A stretch of 64,000 nucleotides of DNA, taken from positions 1-64,000 of IMG/VR virus record IMGVR_UViG_3300029324_000094; one strand, written 5' to 3'. The translations under genes and the position numbers were made by a program. The notes beneath the pieces were generated by a model. It ran no database searches and was not told where the DNA came from. It saw only the letters and a program-made list of their open reading frames with translations. Position 1 is the stretch's first letter. The number at the start of each line of letters is the position of its first letter. This DNA is from a virus. This document shows, piece by piece, positions 30,361 to 39,605 of this stretch.

Positions 30361-30596
30361 TTTTGCTCACCTCCAAACTGTAAAAGTATAATAAAAAAGA
30401 CCGCTCCCCATTATGCAGTAACGTATATCTGCTATACGGGTCACGGTCTCAAAGGACTACCAAGAATGTATATATTATAATTCGGCTATATACTGCCCTA
30501 TTCACTTTTCATTGCTTATATATTAATTCAATATTCTGCAGGTGTCAACCCTAATAAAAAAAGTTGTGCATCAGCTTGCGAAATGCACAAGATATA

Positions 30597-30689
30597 ATAT
30601 ATATTCTATTCTTTTCTTCTCTATTCTTCTCTTATCTTCTCTGGGTTGCCAATTGGTATACCAACCGGTTACAAACCGGTATACCAAGC
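30597..30689. repeat. Ori-like repeat block, non-coding copy: pyrimidine tract plus palindromes CCAATTGG, GGTATACC and AACCGGTT with AACCGGT iterons 11 bp apart
   Basis: About 85% identical to 49659..49733 (inside the replisome-organiser gene) in the same orientation. Preceded by the 8-bp inverted repeat TTGTGCAT/ATGCACAA at 30564..30590. Confidence 0.6.
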
Positions 30690-31099
30690 ATATTTCACTC
30701 TCTGGAAGTGCAAAAAAGACAGCCGTTTTTTAGCTGCCTTTTCCATTGATTTATTTTATCCAATCTGCTATAATCAATTTAGCTCGAGAGCGGTGGCAAG
30801 TTCCGCCCTCTCTTGTGTGTCTGAGCTGTTGTTATACGGCTCTTTTTTTAATTGTCTTCGATGCCCTTTTGAGTGTCATCAATAAGGCGGTCAACCATCT
30901 TTTCAGCCTTATCATATTCTTTGTTTTTCAATGCTTCTTTCAAGTCTTTTAAATCCTGTAAAAGTCTTCTCAAGTAACTTTTAAATACGCTCATGTCTTC
31001 GTTCATGTCTCTCCTTTCTCCAGCTTGCCACTGGTAACTTGTAAGCTTGTTCCTTACAAGTATTATTATACCACTATTTTTAGTGCTGTCAATACTTTT

Positions 31100-31381
31100 T
31101 TAATAATATTTAACTTTTTCCTCGTCTGTCGGAACGACCTCTAATATATCGCCGGGTTGGCATTTTAGCAGCACGCACAGAGTGTTAAGCGTAGTCGTGT
31201 TGATATTCTCGCCCCTCCTTATCTTGGTCATTGTAGCCTCGCTGATCCATTTGTTTTTGCGTATCCTAGTACTCGTGTACCCTCTTTCCGACAGCTCTCT
31301 AAGCACATCTATCTTGTATTTAATCATGTCTCGCACTCTCCTTTTTACCCTAGATTGTATCACCTCTATATTATATATCAT
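31100..31381 (-). CDS. XRE-family HTH transcriptional regulator
   Basis: 93 aa with an HTH_26/Cro-C1-like helix (ISEATMTKIRRGENINTTTLNTLCVLL). Confidence 0.7.
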   Translation of the reverse strand: MIYNIEVIQSRVKRRVRDMIKYKIDVLRELSERGYTSTRIRKNKWISEATMTKIRRGENINTTTLNTLCVLLKCQPGDILEVVPTDEEKVKYY

Positions 31382-31398
31382 TGGTTAAGGCAGCACAA
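31369..31398 (-). promoter_or_regulatory. Sigma-70 promoter for the XRE gene (-35 TTGTGC, 17-bp spacer, -10 TATAAT)
   Basis: Read directly on the minus strand, followed by an AAAAAGGAGAG RBS. Confidence 0.45.
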
Positions 31399-31431
31399 GA
31401 AAAAGTTTTTTAAAATACACGCTTTTTAGTG

Positions 31432-31460
31432 TTGACATACACTATTTTTAGTGGTATATT
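31432..31460 (+). promoter_or_regulatory. Near-consensus sigma-70 promoter (TTGACA, 17 bp, TATATT) driving the plus-strand small-gene cassette
   Basis: ttgacatacactatttttagtggtatatt. The 5' leader carries two direct repeats AACGAGGACAGAAA (31472..31485 and 31504..31517). Confidence 0.55.
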
Positions 31461-31527
31461 ATAACCATAGCAACGAGGACAGAAAAAATCCCGCCCCGGA
31501 GGTAACGAGGACAGAAAGAGGTAGAAA

Positions 31528-31743
31528 ATGAAAAAGTATTTTTTGAAAAAATACTATAGTTTTAAATTCCAGCTTAACCGGCTGGAAAGAAAAGAATTAA
31601 AAAAGGAACTGGGAGAACTCGAGTTCTCCGGCTGTACTTTTGCAGCCACAGACAGAATCAAATCCGTACTCTATGAATTAGGGTACAGAGTCGAAACGAG
31701 AGGACGCTTAGCGTTCTCGGAAAAATTCTTTGAGGAGGTGTAG
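31528..31743 (+). CDS. Small basic hypothetical protein (71 aa), cassette gene 1
   Basis: ORF behind an AGAGG RBS. Confidence 0.45.
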   Translation: MKKYFLKKYYSFKFQLNRLERKELKKELGELEFSGCTFAATDRIKSVLYELGYRVETRGRLAFSEKFFEEV

Positions 31744-31746
31744 AAA

Positions 31747-31923
31747 ATGAAAAAAGAATATAAAAAATTTAAAAAGATAAAAAGAGCGGTTGACCTACTA
31801 CTACTCGTTGCAGCAGTGGCGGTTGCAAGCTCAGCTGTGACGAGATCTTACATGATCCGCACGGCACAGCCAGATCGGGCGTGCAATATCGCCTGGTCAG
31901 GTGAAATACATGAATACAGATAA
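31747..31923 (+). CDS. Small peptide (58 aa) with Lys-rich N-terminus and one hydrophobic segment; signal or anchor-like
   Basis: MKKEYKKFKKIKRAVDLLLLVAAVAVASSAVTRSY...; below the ORF-table size cutoff. Confidence 0.4.
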   Translation: MKKEYKKFKKIKRAVDLLLLVAAVAVASSAVTRSYMIRTAQPDRACNIAWSGEIHEYR

Positions 31924-31934
31924 GGAGAAAGGCC

Positions 31935-32225
31935 ATGAAATACTTTTTTGAAGAAATAAAAACAAAAAAGGTTGTGGAGCTGGAAAGAGACAGCATCACA
32001 GCCGGGCAAATGAAAGAAATCAGCCGTGACGGCTTCCGGCTGATCGGAATATGCGGTGGGGAAGAAATCACCCAAACAGGGTGCTACTGTACCGCCATCG
32101 GTCAGCAGCACTTTGACGGGCTGACCCTCGACTATCTGGTGGCAGGCTACACCCTGACTGCTGCCACTGAATCTGTCAGAGCATTTGAAAAAGACGGTCG
32201 GACGGTGACCGTTGAAAGAATTTAA
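31935..32225 (+). CDS. Hypothetical protein (96 aa)
   Basis: ORF behind an AAGGAGAAAGG RBS. Confidence 0.45.
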   Translation: MKYFFEEIKTKKVVELERDSITAGQMKEISRDGFRLIGICGGEEITQTGCYCTAIGQQHFDGLTLDYLVAGYTLTAATESVRAFEKDGRTVTVERI

Positions 32226-32237
32226 GGAGGAAACAAA

Positions 32238-32432
32238 ATGGAAGCATATATAAAAATATTAGTCAAAAACTTTGATTTTGAAAGCCCAGAGGATTTCCGG
32301 GCAGAATTAAGAAAAAACCGGAGCGAGGTTATAGAATGGCTCCGGTGGAGAGCAGACGGCGGCAAGATGAAAAACGAAATTACAGCCGCCGGACTTGCAC
32401 AAGCTTGCAAAGAGCTTTTAAATCGCATTTAG
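32238..32432 (+). CDS. Hypothetical protein (64 aa)
   Basis: ORF behind an AGGAGG RBS. Confidence 0.45.
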   Translation: MEAYIKILVKNFDFESPEDFRAELRKNRSEVIEWLRWRADGGKMKNEITAAGLAQACKELLNRI

Positions 32433-32510
32433 TCGAAACGCCTCCGGGCGTCTACAGGAACCGCCCCACCTGTACCGATGAGACAGGGCAACGAAAGGAG
32501 ATAGAACACA

Positions 32511-32941
32511 TGAAAAATTATATAACAATTGTGGAGAAAACAAGTAAAAACCTTAGAAGCCATGTGATAATTCACAACGGTTTTCATTATTTCGCTGAAA
32601 TGGACACCGCGGAGCAATTAGAAAGATTTTCTAAAATGCTCGGATTCACTTACAAGCTGGAAGAAGTGAGCAAATCAGAACAGCATGGAGAATATAGACG
32701 TTTTAGCATGTCGCACACTATAGAAGACCGATGCGGCGGCGGATTTTGGAAGCTTTCAGACATTCCAGAGAATGCAAAGCCGTTTAAAGCTCTTTCAAAT
32801 GGATCTATCGTTAATTGCTTTTTCCTAAATGATGGCGAAACAATACACATATATAGACCAAACCCAAATGCAAAAGAAGTATATAAACCGCTCGCTCTTA
32901 AAGAACGCATTAAATTTGTGAAAAATAATTATTTATGTTAA
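32511..32941 (+). CDS. Hypothetical protein (143 aa)
   Basis: ATG at 32511 behind an AAAGGAGA RBS. Preceded by the GC hairpin ACGCC-TCCG-GGCGT at about 32445..32460. Confidence 0.45.
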
Positions 32942-33013
32942 CCACCGCCGACAGCGTACCGGGGAGCATTGCCCCGGAGCGGTTTTATAAAAAATATGAA
33001 AGGAGGTACAGCC

Positions 33014-33205
33014 ATGAAAAAAATCATATTGACCGATACGGAAGCACGCCGGTTGTGTCAGTTAATCCAGTTAACAGCCGGATGCAGACAAGAAAGCCTG
33101 CAGAGCTGGCAGAAAAGCGATCTCGATTCTGCCAGTGAAGTAGTGCAGCTACTCGAAGACATAGAAAGAGTAGCCGAAAAGATTAGAAAGGAATTAGCCG
33201 GATAA
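33014..33205 (+). CDS. Hypothetical helical protein (63 aa)
   Basis: ATG behind an AAAGGAGG RBS. The longer ORF-table start at 32969 is less likely. Confidence 0.45.
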   Translation: MKKIILTDTEARRLCQLIQLTAGCRQESLQSWQKSDLDSASEVVQLLEDIERVAEKIRKELAG

Positions 33206-33218
33206 TTTCCGGCTTTTT
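33196..33218 (+). terminator. Rho-independent terminator ending the plus-strand cassette
   Basis: AGCCGGA-taatt-TCCGGCT followed by TTTTT. Confidence 0.55.
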
Positions 33219-33256
33219 CCAGTACAAAAAACGGACGGGAGGGGACGAAAACGCAA

Positions 33257-33400
33257 ATGAAAATCACAGAAAAAGAATGGCTGAACCTGTGCCAGTCAGT
33301 CAAAAACGAAAAGTGTGACTGTATACACTGGGACGATGCCCCGGTCACATCTCAATCCAGCGGAGTTGTTGCAGCATATTCCGCACCGGGCAGAAGTTAA
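33257..33400 (+). CDS. Small Cys-containing ORF (47 aa)
   Basis: MKITEKEWLNLCQSVKNEKCDCIHW... behind a GGGAGGGGA RBS. Confidence 0.3.
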   Translation: MKITEKEWLNLCQSVKNEKCDCIHWDDAPVTSQSSGVVAAYSAPGRS

Positions 33401-33453
33401 TATTTTGTAAAAATAAAGCCAACACCGACTTTTGGGGATTGGCTTATTAGTGT

Positions 33454-33885
33454 TTACTCGTATTCTTTTCGTATCTGTTCCATACGGCTGCTTATTGCGT
33501 TCCGGACGGATTCCGGCAGATTCTGAAAACGTGGAACAATTCCAAAGAAGTCAGACATAACCAGAGCGGAAAATGCATTTGCATCTACTTCCAGCGATTG
33601 CAGATTGTACTGTTCGACGCTAATTTTATCGCTTGCTTGGTATCCTTTCAGGTCTGCACCGTTGGCGATCTGATAAGAATGCCGCAGCTCGTGAGAGATC
33701 GCAAAGAACAGCTCAGGCGATACGGTCACATCATTCCGGACCAATACCGCATCCGGTGTTAATGCTGCTATTTGTGTACTGGTCCGCATTCGATCAGATG
33801 GAACGAATTTAATAGCTGGTACAGATATATCCAATATATTGCAGACCTCCCGAGCGAATTTGATGCAGATTTGCTTTTTATCCAT
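33454..33885 (-). CDS. HExxH metallopeptidase-like protein (ImmA/IrrE-like?)
   Basis: 143 aa with the motif AISHELRHSYQ. Confidence 0.4.
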   Translation of the reverse strand: MDKKQICIKFAREVCNILDISVPAIKFVPSDRMRTSTQIAALTPDAVLVRNDVTVSPELFFAISHELRHSYQIANGADLKGYQASDKISVEQYNLQSLEVDANAFSALVMSDFFGIVPRFQNLPESVRNAISSRMEQIRKEYE

Positions 33886-34311
33886 GTTCCTAATCTCCTT
33901 TTATGAGTGTATAATACCATGGATCGGACAAAAATGGAATTGAATTTATATTTTAATCGTGATATGCTAAATACGATTATAAGCTTGTATTTGACGGTTT
34001 AAGGCATTTTATTTAATAGGCGAGCAAATTATCAAATATGCTTAAAAGGCATCAAATTCAGTCGCATACGAACGCACAGCGATATCACGGCTCATTATTA
34101 TAGTATTATTCACACAGCAAAATCGCATCAAAAAAGGACGCTGAAATTGACTCATTTTTCAGCATCCAGATTTTAGACCTCCTGAAAAAGTACCGACATC
34201 TTTTTTGCGGAAACTCTTCCGGGAGATTTTCTTGCCCTAAAAACGCCCTAAAAACGCCACCCTTCGGACTTTTGGAACGCAATAGTAAATTGCCACATTG
34301 GACAGAGCTTT

Positions 34312-34962
34312 TTAATTCTCCGCTATACTTTTCCTATAATCATTTCTTTCTTGCATCAACTGCTCAATATTGGATTTTACTCCACGCTTTGCATCTGAAA
34401 CCCTCATGTGAATTTGTTTCTGCTTTCTCCTGCAATAATCACTGCAAAGATTTGTTGCAACATCAGAATGAAACTGTTTTCCGCAGTATACACAGATTTT
34501 AAGACTATTCTTTCGTTTCTCTATCTTTTTATCATATTGACCTGATTCTATATTATACCTCTGCTTATGATCTCTCTGCCATTCCAATACCGCCTCACGT
34601 TGGCATTCATCTGAGCAATATTTTTGACGACCGGAATTTACTACATATTCCACACCACACCATTCACATTTTGCGACACTCCCGATCGGTCTTGCAGTTC
34701 CTTTCTCTCTGTGTCTCTTTTCGGCATCCCTTTTCCTTACGACCCTACAGTTCGGGCAGTAAAACGCCCTTGGTCCACCACTAAACTCGGCTCCACACAT
34801 CTTGCACGTCCTGATTCTCATTACATCAGACTTTCTTTTTTTTGCACATTCGTCACAGTACAATTTATCGAGATCGCCATAGAAAGCCTTACCACAGTCA
34901 ATGCAAGCTCTTTTTGTCCTATTCTTCATTAAAAATAGACACCTACCATTCTTCTTCGTCAA
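34312..34962 (-). CDS. Multi-zinc-ribbon protein (five CxxC...CxxC modules)
   Basis: CIDCG..CDEC, CKMCG..CPNC, CEWCG..CSDEC, CVYCG..CSDYC. Confidence 0.5.
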   Translation of the reverse strand: MTKKNGRCLFLMKNRTKRACIDCGKAFYGDLDKLYCDECAKKRKSDVMRIRTCKMCGAEFSGGPRAFYCPNCRVVRKRDAEKRHREKGTARPIGSVAKCEWCGVEYVVNSGRQKYCSDECQREAVLEWQRDHKQRYNIESGQYDKKIEKRKNSLKICVYCGKQFHSDVATNLCSDYCRRKQKQIHMRVSDAKRGVKSNIEQLMQERNDYRKSIAEN

Positions 34963-35202
34963 TCAACCCAAATATCTTTTTATCCTTTCGGAAGTCCTCT
35001 TTAAGTAGTCACTCTTTTCTCCTGATTCATTCGCATTATCGCAATAGTACGATATCTCTTTCAGCATATGCCGCCTGTTATCATCCTTTTCCTGATCCAC
35101 GTCCAATTCTTCGCCCATGAGTCCGGCGATAAGCAAATTAACCTTTAACTTATAATCATCATCCATCATAGCATCTTTAATTAAAACTGTCACATTTCGC
35201 AT
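34963..35202 (-). CDS. Hypothetical protein (79 aa)
   Basis: ORF only. Confidence 0.35.
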   Translation of the reverse strand: MRNVTVLIKDAMMDDDYKLKVNLLIAGLMGEELDVDQEKDDNRRHMLKEISYYCDNANESGEKSDYLKRTSERIKRYLG

Positions 35203-35370
35203 TTTTGTACCTCCATTTTAAAACACTCCTTAACCTATATATACTACATCACATTGATTCCCGATAGTCAAGCGTTTTCACGAAAAAGCAGATGACCGCT
35301 TATCAATCATCTGCCTCAGTACACTTTATTCCACTATTCCAGTTCTAACATCTATTCCATGTCTACGCAG

Positions 35371-35553
35371 TCACTCATCTGGTTCTTCCTTTAAATATGC
35401 TCTTTGCTGCCTGGTTACAGCCTCATACGCTGGAGTCTTGAACCTCCTCAACGCTTCTATTGGCGGTCTTGTCTTCTCAAGCCGTTTATAATGCGTCTGA
35501 AAATTATTGTCCATTTCAGCTGGACAACTTCTTTCTTCCGTACTTCGTTTCAT
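35371..35553 (-). CDS. Hypothetical small protein
   Basis: ORF only. Confidence 0.3.
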   Translation of the reverse strand: MKRSTEERSCPAEMDNNFQTHYKRLEKTRPPIEALRRFKTPAYEAVTRQQRAYLKEEPDE

Positions 35554-35756
35554 GAAAAATCACTCCATTCTTTTGATGCAAGCCAATCTTCATAGCCTGT
35601 ATGCCCTTTGCAGCACGTTTCTTGTGCTATACAGTCGGAGCAGCATCTTGTTATTTCGCACAGCATATCAGCCAGTTCCTTGTCTGTCGCTTTCCTGATG
35701 CGGTCAGCATTTGTCATTTTCTCAGACACTTCACAATGCCTCCAATTCTTTTTCAT
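35550..35756 (-). CDS. Hypothetical small Cys-rich protein
   Basis: 68 aa with CSDC..CC. Confidence 0.35.
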   Translation of the reverse strand: MKKNWRHCEVSEKMTNADRIRKATDKELADMLCEITRCCSDCIAQETCCKGHTGYEDWLASKEWSDFS

Positions 35757-35943
35757 ACTCTGATTTTTTCTGTTTCATCCAGTCACACAACTCTTTCTGG
35801 AATCGGACTGACTGTCCGTAATTGTAAGGGAATGAACTGGATACGCACAATCCGTCCCCGCTTTCCTTCTCTTTAATTAAAATCCTAAGACTTTCAATGT
35901 CTCTTTCCAATTCTTTTGCCTTATCTAAAATGTCTTTAGTCAT
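35731..35943 (-). CDS. Hypothetical coiled-coil protein
   Basis: ORF only. Confidence 0.35.
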   Translation of the reverse strand: MTKDILDKAKELERDIESLRILIKEKESGDGLCVSSSFPYNYGQSVRFQKELCDWMKQKKSEYEKELEAL

Positions 35944-36413
35944 TACCTGCCCCTCTCCTTTTCCACTAATTCAAATCTGTATTTCTGCTGCACGTCCGGA
36001 TATTTTACATGATCGACCTCGCTCACAAACATTCCATAAGGTCTGCACCAAATTGCTCCGTCCTCACATTCGTATACTACATAGAATTGTCCCGGTGCTT
36101 CTGTATCCTGGCTGACTGCGATCACTTTAACCGTATGCCCTTTGAAATGTCTGTAGATCTTACCAATCTCAACTTTCCTGTCGTTATCTACTGGAACTTT
36201 TCTCTTGAAATGCTTCTCGCATTCCGCAAGATCGCAGTTGCCGTAATTCAATGGATTTTCATCACTCCAACGTCCAATATCTGCTTCTTCTACATGGATG
36301 TGCTGGTTTATCATCCCATCTAAACCGAAACTGATTTCCGCAACAACCTCACTCGCATCAATATCTCCCTCAACGTCCACCAAATATCCGCTTACTTTAA
36401 ATATCTTTGCCAT
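35943..36413 (-). CDS. DUF1653-like protein
   Basis: C-terminal YRHFKG...YVVYECEDGAIW resembles DUF1653. Confidence 0.4.
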   Translation of the reverse strand: MAKIFKVSGYLVDVEGDIDASEVVAEISFGLDGMINQHIHVEEADIGRWSDENPLNYGNCDLAECEKHFKRKVPVDNDRKVEIGKIYRHFKGHTVKVIAVSQDTEAPGQFYVVYECEDGAIWCRPYGMFVSEVDHVKYPDVQQKYRFELVEKERGR

Positions 36414-36900
36414 TGCTATTCTCCTTATCTTCTAACAGTTCAGGATCGTCATAGATATTGCCAATAACTTCCCAATCCTCACTTACCCAACACTCCATCA
36501 ATTCTGTATTCCCATCAGATATTCCTCTAACACAAGATGATGGATTTTTGTGTGTATAAATCATAAAAGAACAATTCGCAAAAATAATCTCTGCGTAATA
36601 GTTGTATTCTTCATCATGACAGAATGGATATTGAAATCCTCTTAATATATCTCCCTCAAAGATTTTCTTTCCGTTCTTGTCGGTCAGTCCTGTGTACTGG
36701 CAAATCGTATCCGGTTTAACATCCGCAAAATCAATTGCATTAATATCCCATTCATCACAAGCCGTTCCTTTGTATTCATTAATCACCAAACCACCTACAA
36801 AAACGTGCCTAGGTTTTGGGTAGCCATCGTCAAACAAATATCCATCTACCCATTCGCCATCGTCTATTTTCTTCGCTCTAAAAAGAATCTCTCTATTCAT
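36397..36900 (-). CDS. YopX-family phage protein
   Basis: MNREILFRAKKIDDGEWVDGYL... is a typical YopX N-terminus. Confidence 0.55.
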   Translation of the reverse strand: MNREILFRAKKIDDGEWVDGYLFDDGYPKPRHVFVGGLVINEYKGTACDEWDINAIDFADVKPDTICQYTGLTDKNGKKIFEGDILRGFQYPFCHDEEYNYYAEIIFANCSFMIYTHKNPSSCVRGISDGNTELMECWVSEDWEVIGNIYDDPELLEDKENSNGKDI

Positions 36901-37282
36901 TTATTCCACCGCCTTTCACGATCTCGATCGCAGTTGCAATCCCGCTCGCATATCCTTTTGCCGAATCGAACTGTAATGGATTTTCTCTTGCACATCTTTG
37001 TTTTTCTTCGTCAGCAAGCTTCAATTCTTCTTCCAACTGCTTCAGAACCTTGTCCACATCATAGGCTGTATTATACAATCTCAAAATCTTAATTTCCTTA
37101 TTGCAGTCAACAATATTTTTTTGTAATTGCACAATTTTTGCTTCAATGTCATATAAAGTAGTATCTGCATCTGTTTTTCTCTGTTCCCATCTTGCAATCT
37201 CTGCCATTGCTCTAGTCATTTCTTCACTCATTTTTTCAATTTCTGCATCAGCATCAATCAGTCTCATCTTCTTCACTCCCAT
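36893..37282 (-). CDS. Hypothetical coiled-coil protein
   Basis: ORF only. Confidence 0.35.
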   Translation of the reverse strand: MGVKKMRLIDADAEIEKMSEEMTRAMAEIARWEQRKTDADTTLYDIEAKIVQLQKNIVDCNKEIKILRLYNTAYDVDKVLKQLEEELKLADEEKQRCARENPLQFDSAKGYASGIATAIEIVKGGGINE

Positions 37283-37563
37283 TCACTTTTCAACATATCT
37301 GCCTTAATCAGTCCGTAGATTATATCCAGTGCTGTTCTTTTGTCACTGTACCGGCAATTTGCATTTTTATGTATCCGTGGATCACTCTTATCCCAATCCA
37401 TCATGGCAAAATGTATGTCGCTCACAAATAACATCTTACATCCTCTTGCCACGCAGAGATAATAGCATTCTGCCTGCTTCGGAAGTCCTCTACACCGTTT
37501 GAATCCGAACTTCTCAAACTCACTGGCTTTTACTTTTGGTTTCAGCATCTTTTCCTCCTTCAT
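37273..37563 (-). CDS. Hypothetical protein
   Basis: ORF only. Confidence 0.3.
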   Translation of the reverse strand: MKEEKMLKPKVKASEFEKFGFKRCRGLPKQAECYYLCVARGCKMLFVSDIHFAMMDWDKSDPRIHKNANCRYSDKRTALDIIYGLIKADMLKSEWE

Positions 37564-37581
37564 CTTCGAAGCTCTTCGCTT

Positions 37582-37881
37582 TTATCTCAATGAATTCATT
37601 TGCATTTCTTCGAAGATTTTCTCATAACCTATCTGTTGATCGCGTTCTTTCAGATGCTCAACACGGTTATTCCATTTCTCAACAGCTTCTTCTTTGGAAT
37701 TCGCTCCATGTACCGCATAGCAATCTTCCTCGGCTGTGTCTATTGTTGTTCCGTGTATTCCATCGTAGTGGCAGTATCTCGGACAGCCAGCCGACCATCC
37801 GAAATAAAATCCGTCTGCCACATCTCTTGAAAGATATGCTTTCGCTCCACATCTAGGGCATGGTTTTAATTCTTCCATCAA
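37582..37881 (-). CDS. lar: Lar-family restriction alleviation protein
   Basis: N-terminal LKPCPRCGAKAY matches the Lar_restr_allev signature. Confidence 0.55.
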   Translation of the reverse strand: MMEELKPCPRCGAKAYLSRDVADGFYFGWSAGCPRYCHYDGIHGTTIDTAEEDCYAVHGANSKEEAVEKWNNRVEHLKERDQQIGYEKIFEEMQMNSLR

Positions 37882-38198
37882 TTGTCCTCCTTATACGGTT
37901 CCGGCAATGGCATCCAGGCAATAATTACTCTTGTTGAATACTCATAAATCCCTTCAAAAATACCATTTCCTGCATATCTTAATTCTGTTACTGTGCCATC
38001 TGAAAATTGTGCTATTACATTCATTGCATTCTCCGGCAGCCTCTCACTGCATGGAATCCACTTACTTTTTTCTCTCAATGATTTAAGTTCTTCCAACCAA
38101 TCTGCGAGTTGCCTGTGTTCTTTCTGACATTCTTCGCATACATATTGATTTTCAGACATTTCTTTTGCATGAGCAATTGCTTCTTCCAGTGTCATCAT
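37878..38198 (-). CDS. DUF551-like phage protein
   Basis: C-terminal AWMPLPEPYKE. Confidence 0.45.
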   Translation of the reverse strand: MMTLEEAIAHAKEMSENQYVCEECQKEHRQLADWLEELKSLREKSKWIPCSERLPENAMNVIAQFSDGTVTELRYAGNGIFEGIYEYSTRVIIAWMPLPEPYKEDN

Positions 38199-38569
38199 AC
38201 TTCCACCTCTTCATCTGCTGGAAACTGGAATATAAATCCAGATGTAAGCAATTCTTTTGCAATTTCCATATCCACAAGCGTATCTCCCTTTGGAATAATA
38301 CGTCTGTTGTATTCCGCTGTTGCATAATGCTTTCTGCACATCTCCATAGCTTTGATTCCTTTTTCTTCCGTGGAATACTTAGCCATTATCATAAAAGCAT
38401 CACTTAAAAGGTCGCTCAATGAAAAAGCAATTACTCTCCCATCACCTAAAGCTTGTAACGTTGTTTCTCCGTAAGGCAAATCAAATTTTTTGTCCTGGCT
38501 AATGATTCTCATAACTAACTCCACCTTTCGTATTCCATGCACACATATCGCAATTCTTAGGGCATACAT
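38195..38569 (-). CDS. Hypothetical protein
   Basis: ORF only. Confidence 0.35.
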   Translation of the reverse strand: MYALRIAICVHGIRKVELVMRIISQDKKFDLPYGETTLQALGDGRVIAFSLSDLLSDAFMIMAKYSTEEKGIKAMEMCRKHYATAEYNRRIIPKGDTLVDMEIAKELLTSGFIFQFPADEEVEV

Positions 38570-38687
38570 TTGCCTTTATTGCTCTTTTGCACATCTCCAT
38601 TTTCAATTCCCTATCATCCTTAATGTCCTTAATGAATCCGAGTTTCCTCAGGATTCTATGAATCAGTGATTCTTTCTTCATCTTCAT
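38499..38687 (-). CDS. Hypothetical small protein
   Basis: ORF only. Confidence 0.25.
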   Translation of the reverse strand: MKMKKESLIHRILRKLGFIKDIKDDRELKMEMCKRAIKANVCPKNCDMCAWNTKGGVSYENH

Positions 38688-38834
38688 TCTCCTTTACATA
38701 ATCCGGGCAGTCTACCGCATATTCGTAGCTGTCCAGAGAATCACAATACATATCGCAGCATTCATATTCTCCGCATTCCAGACAGCAACAGGCGTTCTTC
38801 TTATCTACTACACATTCAATTCTGCATCCCATCA

Positions 38835-39536
38835 TTATTCCCCTTGCTTATATTCGCATTTAATCTGTCTAGCTGACACGATCATGTTCACAAAATCACC
38901 TGCATGGTTAATCTCAATGTTTGCCGGAATGCCGTATTCATCAAACATCTTAATTTCATAATGCTCATCTGCTTCATCTGCTAATTCCAACGCATCTGTG
39001 AAATTGTTTTCTTCGTCTGGAAAGCCATCCAGAATATCTCTTATTTCATTCTCAATATTTGACAACAACGAAATCATAGGTACATTGACCGTCCTCTGTG
39101 AAATCACAATTCTTCTTGTGCCATCTCCACAAGTCAGAAGCAATTCGTATTCGCACTCATAATAACCATCCACCAAAATCGCATTTTCCGGGAATTCGTC
39201 TGTCACCGTAGGCTTGTTTTTACTGCTTTCCTGGATATCATACGGCACATAGTAATCAATAACGTGCTTTTCTTCCAAAGTTTCTCGGCTAAAAACCGTA
39301 TGCTCTTTTTCCAGCAATGTGACATTCTCTCTAAATCTATCAAATTCATCCGTATTGCCATTCTCATTATCTACCTTGAAGAACGACTCAAGTTCGCCTG
39401 TATCAATATTCTTTCTTCCGATTCTCTCTGTATAAATGTCCGGGATTGCCGTTCCTCTACAATTAAGTTCGATTTTATTTTTAAGTACCAATCCTTTAGA
39501 TTCTAAATCTTCTCTTGCTATTCCTGTTAATTTCAT
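38835..39536 (-). CDS. Hypothetical acidic protein
   Basis: Likely start MKLTGIARE. Confidence 0.35.
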   Translation of the reverse strand: MKLTGIAREDLESKGLVLKNKIELNCRGTAIPDIYTERIGRKNIDTGELESFFKVDNENGNTDEFDRFRENVTLLEKEHTVFSRETLEEKHVIDYYVPYDIQESSKNKPTVTDEFPENAILVDGYYECEYELLLTCGDGTRRIVISQRTVNVPMISLLSNIENEIRDILDGFPDEENNFTDALELADEADEHYEIKMFDEYGIPANIEINHAGDFVNMIVSARQIKCEYKQGE

Positions 39537-39605
39537 AATTCGTTCCTTTCTCCTTAAAAATGGGTATAAAAATACCAACCACCGAATACTGATGGTTGGT
39601 AAATT

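Noticed and set aside
30600-30640. Short TTCTTCTCT-type repeats considered as a possible CRISPR array or tandem repeat
   Set aside because: They form an irregular pyrimidine tract with no spacer/repeat periodicity and no cas genes. No CRISPR array is present in the window.
30542-30749. Plus-strand ORFs at 30542..30749 and 49582..49821 sharing ILFFSSLFFS...RLQTGIPS
   Set aside because: The similarity comes from the duplicated ori-like DNA repeat. The 49582 copy is antisense to the replisome-organiser gene, so it is not an independent gene.
31769-32111. Minus-strand ORFs 31769..32071 and 31848..32111
   Set aside because: Antisense to the promoter-driven plus-strand cassette genes, with no RBS.
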